This document shows, piece by piece, positions 30,842-40,564 of a stretch of 64,000 nucleotides of DNA. The position numbers were made by a program, and so were the translations under genes. Origin of the DNA: Polyangiales bacterium (GTDB lineage Bacteria; Myxococcota_A; Polyangia; Polyangiales; Ga0077539); assembly GCA_044229975.1 (NCBI GenBank), contig JBGARZ010000002.1:352001-416000 (forward strand), written 5' to 3'. The notes under the pieces were generated by a model. It was not told the origin of the DNA and did no database searches. It worked only from the letters and a program-made list of their open reading frames with translations. Each line of letters begins with the position of its first letter. The stretch's first letter is position 1.

Positions 30842-31728
30842 GACGCCCAGTCGACCGTGGCGCCGTCGAGTTGCAGCGGCGGCCGCTTCTCCAGCACCGC
30901 GTACTTCACCATCGCCAGGACGCTCACCCGACCCGGCTCGGTCGTCGACGGCGTCGCGCTCGTCACGCGCCCCACCGGCTTGCCTTCGGCCATCAGCTCG
31001 GCGCCTGCCACCGGAGCGACGCCGGACGCGGTCAACGCCACGAGCTGCTTCTGCACATGCCCGCGCATCTCCAACCGGCACACCACCTCCTGGCCGAGGT
31101 AGCAGCCCTTCTGAAACGAGACCGCGCGCGGCGTGATGGCCGCCTCCTGCACGTAGTTGTCGACTCCGAAATCCACGCCCCAGCGAGGCACGCCCGCCTC
31201 GGTGCTCGCCGCGTCGAAGGCCGCGCGCGAGACCGCGATCACTCCATCCGCTTGGGGCGCATCGCTCCCCTCGGCGACCAGCACGTCGACCCCACCACGC
31301 CCCAACCGGTCAGCCGTCGAACGCCCAGCCCACGCTTCCGTCGCCGTGATCGCCGTCGGCCCCTGCACCGTGAACACCCGCTCGTTGGTCGCTTCGAGGG
31401 TGACGTCCTCCATCACGATGAAGCGCTCGAAGTGCACCATCAACGCATCGCGCTGCGCCGACGGAACCACCAGCCGCAGCGACTCATCCTCCCCCGCGTG
31501 CACGAACGCATCGCCCAGCAGCTTGCCCTTCACCGCGACCATGGCCGTGTAGATGCCGCGCCCCGCGGTGAGCGGTCGCACGTCGGCGGTCACCACGCCG
31601 CTCAGCCACGTGAGGCGATCGTCGCCGCGCACGGTGATGACCGCGCGATCGTCGAGCCAGAGCGCGCCCGCGCCCTCCCGAAGAACGCGAACCTGATCGG
31701 CGAGGGACATGGGGGTGGTGGGTTGCAT
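30838..31728 (-). CDS. ygfZ: folate-binding YgfZ/GcvT-family protein
   Basis: Signature KGCYLGQE; VRGDDRLTWLSG; start 31728 or 31710. Confidence 0.9.
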   Translation of the reverse strand: MQPTTPMSLADQVRVLREGAGALWLDDRAVITVRGDDRLTWLSGVVTADVRPLTAGRGIYTAMVAVKGKLLGDAFVHAGEDESLRLVVPSAQRDALMVHFERFIVMEDVTLEATNERVFTVQGPTAITATEAWAGRSTADRLGRGGVDVLVAEGSDAPQADGVIAVSRAAFDAASTEAGVPRWGVDFGVDNYVQEAAITPRAVSFQKGCYLGQEVVCRLEMRGHVQKQLVALTASGVAPVAGAELMAEGKPVGRVTSATPSTTEPGRVSVLAMVKYAVLEKRPPLQLDGATVDWAS

Positions 31729-31772
31729 ACGCGCCTGCCTATGCCCCCGCGCGCCGCGAGGTGCAAGGCGCT

Positions 31773-32558
31773 TCAGGGGTCGACGATGCGGACGCCGAGG
31801 TGGTTGCCGACCGAGCGCCCATGGCCGTCGCTCGGGCGGTTCACGGTGCCGCCCTCGGACTCGATGTAGAGCTCGGTGCTGCCCCCGCCATCGAGGTTGA
31901 TCGCGTCGGACACGCCGAACTCCTCCATCAGGGGAATGAGCCCGAGGGAGGTCATGCCGGGGAGGTTGTTGCGACGTCCGTCGATCACCGCCAGCACGAG
32001 GCTCGCCCCACCCGGCGTCGCGCCGATCGCCGTGCGCGGATGGAAGCGGTACATCCCGATGGGCTCTTCGGGCTCGAACACCACGCCACCGCGTTCGAGC
32101 AGACGGGGCCAGCCGGTGATGACCTGGCGCGCCCAGCCGATCTCGCAGGTGGTGGGGTGGTCGACGCTGTCGAAGAAGGCGACGCGGGTTCCGTCGCTCT
32201 GCGGACCGAAGGCCACCGAGGCACCGCAGCGGTCGCGGTAGGCGTCGCGCCAGATGCGGCCGTCGCCCATCGCGAGCCCGCAGGTGGAGCCCTCGAAGAA
32301 GTTGGCGTTGATGGCGATCTGCGCGCCGTACTCCTGCGCAAACGCAGCGACCGGAGCGCGGCGATCGCCCGGCCGCGTGGCGACCACATCGACCGCGGGG
32401 CAACGCAGATCGATGACGACCACGTGCGCGTCGAGGCCGGGCACCACGCGGTGCACGTGCTCGACGCAGCGGTACGGGCGCGTGGTGCGATCGACCGCGA
32501 CAGCGGGCGAGACGGCGAGGGCGATGGAGAGGAGGAGTGCGGTGGGCGCTTGCTTCAT
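31773..32558 (-). CDS. phosphodiester glycosidase (NAGPA/DUF2233) family protein
   Basis: Signal peptide, AINANFF, HPRTAIG, VIDGR, AINLDGGGST. Confidence 0.9.
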   Translation of the reverse strand: MKQAPTALLLSIALAVSPAVAVDRTTRPYRCVEHVHRVVPGLDAHVVVIDLRCPAVDVVATRPGDRRAPVAAFAQEYGAQIAINANFFEGSTCGLAMGDGRIWRDAYRDRCGASVAFGPQSDGTRVAFFDSVDHPTTCEIGWARQVITGWPRLLERGGVVFEPEEPIGMYRFHPRTAIGATPGGASLVLAVIDGRRNNLPGMTSLGLIPLMEEFGVSDAINLDGGGSTELYIESEGGTVNRPSDGHGRSVGNHLGVRIVDP

Positions 32559-33844
32559 GCCGGCGGGCGGCCGCGCCGACGGAGCGCAGCCACCAGCGAG
32601 CCGAACACGCCGAGCACGCCCCACGCAAGGCCCGACGGGCGACCGGGCTGGGCGTTGCAACCGAGGCCCATGGAGGCTGTCATCACCTGCGGCGTGGGCG
32701 CCGGACTGGTCATGATCGGGGCGACCGGTGCACGAACGGCAACGTCGAAGCGGATGGGCTCTTCGACGAGCAGGCCGCCCTGCGGGGCGACGAGGCGCGC
32801 GCGTAGCGAGGTGTTGCCGAAGGTCTTGGGCTCCCACGCGACGACGAAGCGGCCGACCGCGCCGGGTGCGACCTCGTCGTTCGCGCGGGCCGACCAGGTG
32901 TGGCCGCCGTCGCTGAGCTCCACCGTCGGTCCGTCGTTGCCGCGCCACGCGCGACGACCCGTGTTGCGCGCCTCGACCCAGAGCGACGCGGGGTGTCCCG
33001 CGGTGACGGTAGCGGGCGACCCCTGCCCCGTGATCTGCCCGGCGTACCAGACGGCGCCGGGACGAACGCGGATGCCGAGGTGCGTGATGACCGCGCGCTC
33101 GTGGTGATCGCTCGGGCGGTTCACGAGGCGGGAGTTCATGACGAGGGTGGTGGAGCCGCCGCCGTCGAGGTTGATGGCGTCGTGCGCGCCAAACTCGCGC
33201 AGCACGTCGACCATCTGGAAGCCCGTGAGGCCCGGAACGCCCGGCCGCCGACCGTCCGCGCTCAGCAGGATCATGGTGCTGCGATCGGCCGTCAGCGCCG
33301 CCGCCGTCCGGGGATTGGGACGATAGAGGTGCTGCGGGCGAACCCAGTTGCGCGGGGCCTGACCGCCGCGCATCAGCCACGGCTTGCCGCTCCACGCCTC
33401 GGTGATCATCGCGGGCAGCGGGCCGTGGGGAGAGGCGGTGGTGTCGAGCGCGACGGCATCGTTGGCCGGACCGACGCCCAGGGTCGCGATGCAGCCATCC
33501 TCGTAGATGGTGGGGTAGACCTCGCCGCCGCCCGCTGCGAGGCCGCACGAGCCGTGACCCCAGAAGTTGGCGTTGACGGCGACCACCGCGTCGTAGCGGC
33601 GCGCGAACTCCGTGGTGGTGGTGAAGCGGTCTTCCGGGCGGGTCGCGACGACGGACACCTCGGGGCTGCGGAGGTCGACGAGCACGACGTGCAGGTCGAC
33701 GCCGGGGCGCACGCGATGGAGGTGACGGATGCCCGGATGCGGGGCCGTCCACCGGTCGACCGCCGAGGCCGTGGCCGGAACCATCGCCATCGCTACCGCC
33801 GTCACCATCGCCCACGCGTTCGCTCGCCAACGACCGTCGTACAT
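32555..33844 (-). CDS. phosphodiester glycosidase family protein with Ig-like domain and MYXO-CTERM sorting signal
   Basis: AVNANFW, NPRTA, NLDGGGST; RNTG..W Ig-like module; C-terminal GC..(TM)..RRR. Confidence 0.88.
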   Translation of the reverse strand: MYDGRWRANAWAMVTAVAMAMVPATASAVDRWTAPHPGIRHLHRVRPGVDLHVVLVDLRSPEVSVVATRPEDRFTTTTEFARRYDAVVAVNANFWGHGSCGLAAGGGEVYPTIYEDGCIATLGVGPANDAVALDTTASPHGPLPAMITEAWSGKPWLMRGGQAPRNWVRPQHLYRPNPRTAAALTADRSTMILLSADGRRPGVPGLTGFQMVDVLREFGAHDAINLDGGGSTTLVMNSRLVNRPSDHHERAVITHLGIRVRPGAVWYAGQITGQGSPATVTAGHPASLWVEARNTGRRAWRGNDGPTVELSDGGHTWSARANDEVAPGAVGRFVVAWEPKTFGNTSLRARLVAPQGGLLVEEPIRFDVAVRAPVAPIMTSPAPTPQVMTASMGLGCNAQPGRPSGLAWGVLGVFGSLVAALRRRGRPPA

Positions 33845-34063
33845 GTAGGCAAGGTCAACGCGAGTGCCGCGGAGCCGCAAGAAATGGGCGGCGACGGGGC
33901 GGACACGTGCAGGTTCCTTGCGCGTTGGGGGCACGTTCAACGGGGCTCTCGCACCTTCGCACGGCCGAGAGATTTGCGAAACAGCAGAGGGTGCGGCGGC
34001 ACATGCGCTCGGGTGCGTGCAAGCTCCTGCCATGGCTCGCGTGGCGGTAGAGTCGGAGCGCGC

Positions 34064-35332
34064 ATGAAGGTCCACTGGCGTCACTGGGGTGCAGCGTCCA
34101 TCGCAGTTCACGCCGCGATGATGGGTGCGCTGTCGACCTCGCGACCGCCCGACGTGCGTCCGGTGCCTCGTCACATTTCAGCAACGACGACGGTGCCCGT
34201 GGAGTTCCCGGAGGCCGATCGTCCGATCGTCGCGGCGGGTGCGGCGCGACCGCAAGCTCCGAGTGAGCGGCCCGAGCTCGGTGGCATCGCCCATCGACAG
34301 AACCTCGATGCCGAGCACGCCGGTGAGCGTGGCGACGGCCGCAGTCTGGAGCGTGGCAGGCAGCTCGCCGCCCGCGCCGAGCACCTCAACCTCGACGAGC
34401 GATTGCTCGACGCCAACCGCGGATCGCAAGAGCAACGCATCGCCACGTCCGCCCGCCGTGCTTCACCGCAAGACGACCGGCGTACGCCGCACCCCGACGA
34501 AGACCCGTGGGTGTCGACGGGGGATGGCGTTCTGTTGTTGCGGCTACCTCACGCGACGGCGCTTCCGACGGCCGGCGCGACGAGCCACGACCAGGCGACG
34601 ATCGCCATGCAGGCTGGTCCGATGCCGAATGGTGAACGCCTGCCCGACGCCGTTGTTGTTGGGCCAGGGCGTGGCGATCGCGACCTTGTCGAGCGACCCA
34701 CCGCGGGTGTCGCCCACGCCACCGGTGCCAGCACGCGGGTCGCGGGTCCGGTCGCGATGCAGCGTCCTTCGCTCCATGCGGGTCACGCCTCCACCACCAG
34801 CGACCGGCTCGCGGCCCGCACCAGCGACGACGCCGACGCGGCGCTGCTCGCGGCCTCGATGCTCCGCGACCACATGAACGCCTCGGTGCAGGATGGCCCG
34901 CAACGCGCGGTCGGCGAAGGTGGCGTAGGCGGTGGTGGCGCTCCCGGATCAGGCGGCGGAACGGGTCGTGGGGGCGTCGCGCGCTCCCTCGGCGACGGCG
35001 ACGGCTGGATCGCGCTGGGCACCGAAGACGCTCGCTATGTGCGCTACCTCCACGAGGTGCGGCGGCGCCTGCAGCCGCTGTGGCGTGACGCCTTCCCCTA
35101 CGACGAAGCGCTTCGACTGCGGCAGGGCACGGTGGTGTTGCAGTTCGTCATCGCGCGCGACGGGTCGGTGCACGCCACCGCCGTCAGCCATCGGAGCGGC
35201 GTCGATCGCTTCGACGCCAACGTGCTCGCGGCCGTGTCGCGGGCCCACCTTCCGCCCATCCCGGCGTCTCTCGGACGCTCGGAGCTCCGGATCAGGGCAC
35301 CGTTCGAATTCAGCAATCCGGTGGTGCGTTAG
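34064..35332 (+). CDS. TonB-family protein (TonB C-terminal domain)
   Basis: N-terminal ASIAVHA anchor; C-terminal QGTVVLQFVIARDG..SG..FDANV..PPIP. Confidence 0.85.
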   Translation: MKVHWRHWGAASIAVHAAMMGALSTSRPPDVRPVPRHISATTTVPVEFPEADRPIVAAGAARPQAPSERPELGGIAHRQNLDAEHAGERGDGRSLERGRQLAARAEHLNLDERLLDANRGSQEQRIATSARRASPQDDRRTPHPDEDPWVSTGDGVLLLRLPHATALPTAGATSHDQATIAMQAGPMPNGERLPDAVVVGPGRGDRDLVERPTAGVAHATGASTRVAGPVAMQRPSLHAGHASTTSDRLAARTSDDADAALLAASMLRDHMNASVQDGPQRAVGEGGVGGGGAPGSGGGTGRGGVARSLGDGDGWIALGTEDARYVRYLHEVRRRLQPLWRDAFPYDEALRLRQGTVVLQFVIARDGSVHATAVSHRSGVDRFDANVLAAVSRAHLPPIPASLGRSELRIRAPFEFSNPVVR

Positions 35333-36453
35333 ACGAGGCGTTCGGCGACGCGCGCCAGGGCCGCGACGTCGTACACGTCCTCGTCCATGATCGGCACCAG
35401 CACGTGCCGCGGGACCGACGCCATCTCTCGTCGCGCGCGGGCGACCTCGATCGCGTCACGCTTCGCCCACGTCGCCATGTCGCGCCACGCCCGCGAGAAG
35501 GCAGCTCCCATCTCGGTGGGCCCGTTCTGGTGGGCGTCGGAGAGGAGGCCCGCGAGGCGATCGGCGCTGGGCGTCGGCAGGTCCTGGGCCTGGCGAACGC
35601 GGTTCATCACGATGGCCTCGGCGTTCATGTGGTGCTTCTGGAGGTGGTCGACGAAGAACATCGCCTCACCCACGGCCATGGGGTCGGGCGAGCTCACCAC
35701 CACGAAGGCGACCTCGCTGCCCATGAGCGCGTCACGCACCTTCGCCGCGCGCTCGCGGAAGCCGCCGAAGAGCGACTGGAGGTCGGCGAGGAACTCCGCC
35801 ACCTGGGCGAGGAAGTCCGCGCCGGTGAAGGTTCCGAGGCCCGAGAGCACCTTCGCCATCGCCTTGGACAGGAGGTTGAGCGACATCTTGCCCGTGCGCT
35901 CGAAGGCCCCGACGAAGGCCTGGATGGCGGGCGAGTCGACGGCCTCGATCATCTTGTCGGGCGCTTCGAGGAAGTCGAGCGCGTTGGACGTCGGCGGCGT
36001 GTCGAGGACGATGAGGTCGTACCGCGGGTCGTCGCGCAGGGCGTAGAGCTTCTCCATCGCCATGTACTCGGGCGTGCCCGCGAGCGAGCCGGCGATCTCC
36101 TGGTAGATGCGGTTGCCCAGGATGCGATCGCGCGTGGCGGGGTTGCTCGCGTAGCGGGTGACCAGCGCGTCGAAGGTTCCGCGCACGTCGAGCATCATGG
36201 CCGTGAGGGAGCCCTCCCCTTCGGTGCGCCACAGAGCGGGGTCGACCTCCTGGGCCTCGCGCGCCATCTCGCGCAGCCCGAGAGACGTCGCCAGCCGCTT
36301 GGCGGGGTCGATGGTGAGGCAGAGCACCCGCCGACCGCGACGCGCAGCCGCGAGGGCCAGCGCGGCGGCGATGGTGGTCTTGCCCACGCCGCCGCAGCCC
36401 ACGGTCACGATGACACGCTTCGAGGTGAAGAGATCGCCGAGGCTCGTCAACAT
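35329..36453 (-). CDS. ArsA/Get3-like ATPase
   Basis: GCGGVGKTT, LTIDPAKRLA, EYMAMEKL, VLDTPPT. Confidence 0.92.
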   Translation of the reverse strand: MLTSLGDLFTSKRVIVTVGCGGVGKTTIAAALALAAARRGRRVLCLTIDPAKRLATSLGLREMAREAQEVDPALWRTEGEGSLTAMMLDVRGTFDALVTRYASNPATRDRILGNRIYQEIAGSLAGTPEYMAMEKLYALRDDPRYDLIVLDTPPTSNALDFLEAPDKMIEAVDSPAIQAFVGAFERTGKMSLNLLSKAMAKVLSGLGTFTGADFLAQVAEFLADLQSLFGGFRERAAKVRDALMGSEVAFVVVSSPDPMAVGEAMFFVDHLQKHHMNAEAIVMNRVRQAQDLPTPSADRLAGLLSDAHQNGPTEMGAAFSRAWRDMATWAKRDAIEVARARREMASVPRHVLVPIMDEDVYDVAALARVAERLV

Positions 36454-36499
36454 CGCGGCGGACCCTAGTCCCACCGCTCGCCCACGCGCAACCGCGACG

Positions 36500-37618
36500 T
36501 CAGCGGAGCGCGAAGCCGTCGCTTCGAAGCGCGCTGCCGTCGTGGCCCCAGAGGAGGAGCAACCCACGTTCGTCGGGGAGGGCCACCGCGCTCATCCGGG
36601 GGGCGGGTGATCCATCAGGGTGCAACGCCGTCCAGCGCTCGGTGGCGAGGTCGAGAACGGCGCCATCGCCGCGCATGCCCGTCGCGTCGCGACCGCCCCA
36701 CACCACCACGGCGCCGTGGGTTGCGGCGAGGGTCACTCCGAGGCGTTGGGAGAGCGGACACGGGTCGATCGCGCGCCAACGGCGGGTGCTCCACTCGAAG
36801 CGCCCCGCGCCTTCCGATCCGACCGCGATCAAGCCGCCAGGGACGATCACCGCCTCGGGGCCGGAGCGAGCGGGCGGGGCGCCTTCGATGGAGATTGGTG
36901 TCCAGGTGGACGAGGTGAGATCGAGCACGGCTGCGTCTTCGGCGCCGAGCGCCAGGGCCTCGCCCGCGCCGCCCCAGATCAACACCTCCCGACCGTCGGG
37001 CGAGAGCACCGCCGACGCTCCCCGTCGCGCCCGCGGACCACCGCTCGGCAGGGCGATCCAGCGTCGCTCGATCGGGTCGAAGCGCGCGCCATCGTCGAAC
37101 TCGTTGCCGTCCCCGTCGCGGCCGCCCCAGAGAATCCAATCACGGCCGGTGAACACGCTGGCCATCGCGGCCCGCGGAGAGGGGGCGCCCTCTTCGGGCA
37201 GGCTCTCCCATCGACCGAGGCCGGGGCTCCAACACGCGCCGTCACCGCGCGCCTCGCCGTGCGCTTCGCCGCCGAAGACGCAGAGCGCGTCGCCCGTCCA
37301 CACCGCTGCGTGGCCGACGCGAGGACTCGGCGCGCCGTCGACGGGGAGCGCGGTCCATGCGGCGCCGTCCCAGAGCCACCCCTCGCCTGAGGGCCCGCGG
37401 GCGTCGAGGCCGCCGAAGAGGGCGTTGCCGCGCGGGGTCGGTGTGACGCTCGGGAACTGTCGAGGAGGAGGGAGGGCGGGGCCGTCGTAGGGCGTCCAGC
37501 GCGCGGGCGTGATCATCAGGTGGAGGGTACCGCCCTCATCGGTCGCTCGGAAGTTTGAGCATTCCATCGTGAGCATCGCCGTCACGAGGAGAACCAGGAG
37601 GCCGCGTGGTTTGGTCAT
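36500..37618 (-). CDS. Kelch-repeat beta-propeller protein
   Basis: Repeated APSPR..H/AVWTG..WGG units; N-terminal signal. Confidence 0.85.
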   Translation of the reverse strand: MTKPRGLLVLLVTAMLTMECSNFRATDEGGTLHLMITPARWTPYDGPALPPPRQFPSVTPTPRGNALFGGLDARGPSGEGWLWDGAAWTALPVDGAPSPRVGHAAVWTGDALCVFGGEAHGEARGDGACWSPGLGRWESLPEEGAPSPRAAMASVFTGRDWILWGGRDGDGNEFDDGARFDPIERRWIALPSGGPRARRGASAVLSPDGREVLIWGGAGEALALGAEDAAVLDLTSSTWTPISIEGAPPARSGPEAVIVPGGLIAVGSEGAGRFEWSTRRWRAIDPCPLSQRLGVTLAATHGAVVVWGGRDATGMRGDGAVLDLATERWTALHPDGSPAPRMSAVALPDERGLLLLWGHDGSALRSDGFALR

Positions 37619-37679
37619 CGCGGGCGCCTCTTCGTTCTGTCCATCGGGCGGGTTTCGTCCGGGATAGACTCCGCGCACG

Positions 37680-39473
37680 ATGAGCCGCGAAGAGAGGCCC
37701 GGCGCGGGCGGGCCACCGATTCACTGTCACGTCTGCAACGCCGAGCTCCCGTCCGACGCGACGTTCTGCCTCCAGTGCGGATCGCGGGTTCGCGCGGTAC
37801 CGCCCGCCCCGACGCCCACCACCGCGGGCGCCGCGGCGCGACCAGCTCACACCCCGACCATGATGGGCGTCTCGCCCACCGCCGCGGTTGCTGCGCCGGT
37901 CGACCTCGGTGCCACGCTCGTCGACAAGCTCCCGACGGCGCCGCCGACCGCGGGCCCGCGACCCGCGCCCGTCGCCTCGTCCCTGCCTGCGGCTGTCGCC
38001 AACAAGCAGCGCACCATGATCGGCGTTGCGCGCGAGGGTCTCGCGCTGCCACCCGTCGCCGCCGAGGCGCCGCCCTCCGACCCGGCGCCGCCGCTCCCGC
38101 CGCGGTCATCGACCATGATCGGCCTGGTCGCGCCGGCCCCGCCCGCACCGCCACCGCCCCCAGCGCCCGCGCCTCCCGTGTTTGCGCCTCAACCCGCGCC
38201 GACGCCCGCGCCGCAACCGGCTGCTCGGCCTTACGTGCCGCAGCGATCGTTCGACAGCGCCGAGACCCTCAAGCTCATCGAGAAGCCGTCCGTGCTCCCG
38301 CGGGTGCTCGTCGGCCTGCTCGTGTTCGGCCTGCTCGCTGGTGGCGCGGCGTTGGCCTACCGGGCGTACGTCCCTTCGGGCCCGGCCGCCCTTCAGGCAG
38401 AGGTGCGCGTCGTCGATGGGGCGATGCATGTGCGCGCGACGATCCCAGGGAGCGATGCCCGCTGGCGCGTCTCCTATCGCGGTCAGGAGTCGGCGGTCGA
38501 CGCTTCAGGCGCCGTCGAGTTTCCTCTCGCGGGTATCTCCGCCGATGAGGTGGGCGACATCGTCCTCCCCGTCGAGGTGCGCGACGCCGCGGGTCAGCGC
38601 TCCTCGCGCGCTCTGCGAATCGTGATCGGTTACCGCGTGGTCACCGACCTTGATCACCTCGGCGACGATCCGCCGCGCGTGCACCTCCGCTTCCGGGTTC
38701 CGCTTGGCGCTTCGCTCTTCATCGCGGGGCAGCCCATCACGCTCGCTGGTCAGCTCGGCGTGGCCGAGATTCCGGCGCCCGCGCCGATGGCCATGGAGGC
38801 GCCGGCCGCGTCGCGGGTCGAGCGCTTTCCCATCGAGGTGCGCACCGCCTCGGGCGTCGTCATCCGTGGCGAGCACGAGCTGCGCGTCCCGCGGCTCCCG
38901 CTGCGCGTCGAGGTCCCCGGGCCGCTCAGTCACGTCGAAGCGGCGATGGTCACCGTCGAGGGCTCCCTCCCTCGCGCGAGCCGCGTCTTCGTCGGCAACC
39001 AGGCCGCGACGCTGATGGGCGATCACTTCCGCGCGGAGGTTCCGCTCGCTCCTGGCGCCAACAACCTCACGGTGCGGGGGTTTGCGCCCGGCGGTGCGCC
39101 CGCCACGGCGGCGTTTACCGTCTATCGATCGGTCACGGCGCAGGACTACCTCGCCTCCGGGGGCGGCGATCGCGGCGTCGCGCCGCTCGTCACACCGAGC
39201 CCTACGTCGGTGCGAGTTCGCGTCCGCGGTCGGGTGATCAACAGCACCCAGGCCGCGGGGGAGACTCCGTCGTTTCAGCTCCTCGTGACCGACCGCGCGT
39301 GCCCCGCGCAGCAGTGCCTCGCCTGGGTCGACGTCGCGCCCGGAACCCTCGTCCGCGTCAACGAGACCGTCGAGGTCGTCGGCGAGACCCACGGCACTCG
39401 CGCGTACGTCTCGCAGGGTGGACAGCGTCGCGCCGACACCGTCATCCGGGCTCTGTTCGTCACGCGCCCATGA
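37680..39473 (+). CDS. zinc-ribbon, Pro-rich, TM, Ig-like hypothetical protein
   Basis: CHVC..FCLQCG, TMIG repeats, TM helix, beta-rich C-terminus. Confidence 0.8.
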   Translation: MSREERPGAGGPPIHCHVCNAELPSDATFCLQCGSRVRAVPPAPTPTTAGAAARPAHTPTMMGVSPTAAVAAPVDLGATLVDKLPTAPPTAGPRPAPVASSLPAAVANKQRTMIGVAREGLALPPVAAEAPPSDPAPPLPPRSSTMIGLVAPAPPAPPPPPAPAPPVFAPQPAPTPAPQPAARPYVPQRSFDSAETLKLIEKPSVLPRVLVGLLVFGLLAGGAALAYRAYVPSGPAALQAEVRVVDGAMHVRATIPGSDARWRVSYRGQESAVDASGAVEFPLAGISADEVGDIVLPVEVRDAAGQRSSRALRIVIGYRVVTDLDHLGDDPPRVHLRFRVPLGASLFIAGQPITLAGQLGVAEIPAPAPMAMEAPAASRVERFPIEVRTASGVVIRGEHELRVPRLPLRVEVPGPLSHVEAAMVTVEGSLPRASRVFVGNQAATLMGDHFRAEVPLAPGANNLTVRGFAPGGAPATAAFTVYRSVTAQDYLASGGGDRGVAPLVTPSPTSVRVRVRGRVINSTQAAGETPSFQLLVTDRACPAQQCLAWVDVAPGTLVRVNETVEVVGETHGTRAYVSQGGQRRADTVIRALFVTRP

Positions 39474-40564
39474 ACCGCATCGGGCTCGCGGTCGCGCTCG
39501 CGTCCGTCACGGGCGTCGCCCTCGCCGATCCGCCGTCGCGCGCTCTGCCCGCCGCGCCGTGGCCCGTCATCGACTCCATGGCGCTGCCAGGAACCGGCGT
39601 CACGGCGCCCCTCCTGCTTCCCGATGGGCGTCTCGCGGTGTTCACCCAGGCGCCACCGGCCTTCGCGCTCGTGGACCCCGACTCGGGCAACGTCCGGTCG
39701 AGCACCCTGCACGAGCCCCCCCTGGACGGCAGGGCGCGGATCGACTCCCTGGGAAGGCTCGCCGTGCAGGTCGACGGCTGGACGCTCTTTCGCGTCGGGC
39801 TCGACGGCGGATTGCGCGCGGCCGTGCCGCTGCCCGCGATGATTCGTGGAATCGTCGAGCGACCCGACGGCACCGAGGTCGCCACCATCGAGAGCGATCA
39901 GCGCGTGGACTTCGTGACCTTCCGTGCAGACGGCAGCGTCCTCGCGGCCCGTGCGCTCGCCGCCAGCACGACCTCCAGGCCGACCCTGCTCTACGACGGG
40001 CGCGTTGCCGTCGGCGTCCCCTTCGGCCTTGCGGTGCTCGATCGCACCGGGGCGATTCAGCTCGTCCCCGGCCTCGACGAGGTGCTGCACCTCGTGCGCC
40101 TCGGCGACGCGACGGTGGCCGTCACCGCGACGAGCTTCTCGACCCTCGATCGCGACCTGCTGCCCTCGCCACCGACCCCGCTCCCCGGCCGCACGCGCTG
40201 GTGGACCGCTCGTCCCGATGGCGGCGCCCTCCTCTGGATCGACGGCACCACCCCCACGCTGCTCACCCTCGACCGACGCGGGGTCATCGTGGGTCGCATC
40301 ACTACGCCGCCCGCCATCGAGTCCGTCTCGGTCGACGACTCGGGGGCGCTGCTCCTCGTCAACAACCTCAACGGTCGCGGGCACCTCGTGGCGTTGGAAC
40401 CCGACGGCCGCACGCGCTGGACCGTCGACCTGCCTCACGCGATCGTCCCCGAGGTGACGCTGGGCCCCCGCGGCGAAGCCTGGGTCACCTGCCGCGATAC
40501 GAACGTGTTGCGCTTGTCGAGCCGCCCCGCTTCGGCGCAAGAAGCACCGCGTGCGCACCGATGA
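39470..40564 (+). CDS. secreted beta-propeller-like hypothetical protein
   Basis: ATGA overlap with the preceding gene; signal ending ALA; repeated DG..W turns. Confidence 0.7.
   Translation: MNRIGLAVALASVTGVALADPPSRALPAAPWPVIDSMALPGTGVTAPLLLPDGRLAVFTQAPPAFALVDPDSGNVRSSTLHEPPLDGRARIDSLGRLAVQVDGWTLFRVGLDGGLRAAVPLPAMIRGIVERPDGTEVATIESDQRVDFVTFRADGSVLAARALAASTTSRPTLLYDGRVAVGVPFGLAVLDRTGAIQLVPGLDEVLHLVRLGDATVAVTATSFSTLDRDLLPSPPTPLPGRTRWWTARPDGGALLWIDGTTPTLLTLDRRGVIVGRITTPPAIESVSVDDSGALLLVNNLNGRGHLVALEPDGRTRWTVDLPHAIVPEVTLGPRGEAWVTCRDTNVLRLSSRPASAQEAPRAHR

Noticed and set aside
32900..34063. Apparent 810-aa TonB protein
   Set aside because: Most of the first 388 aa are antisense to the phosphodiester glycosidase gene; the real start with a TM anchor is ATG 34064
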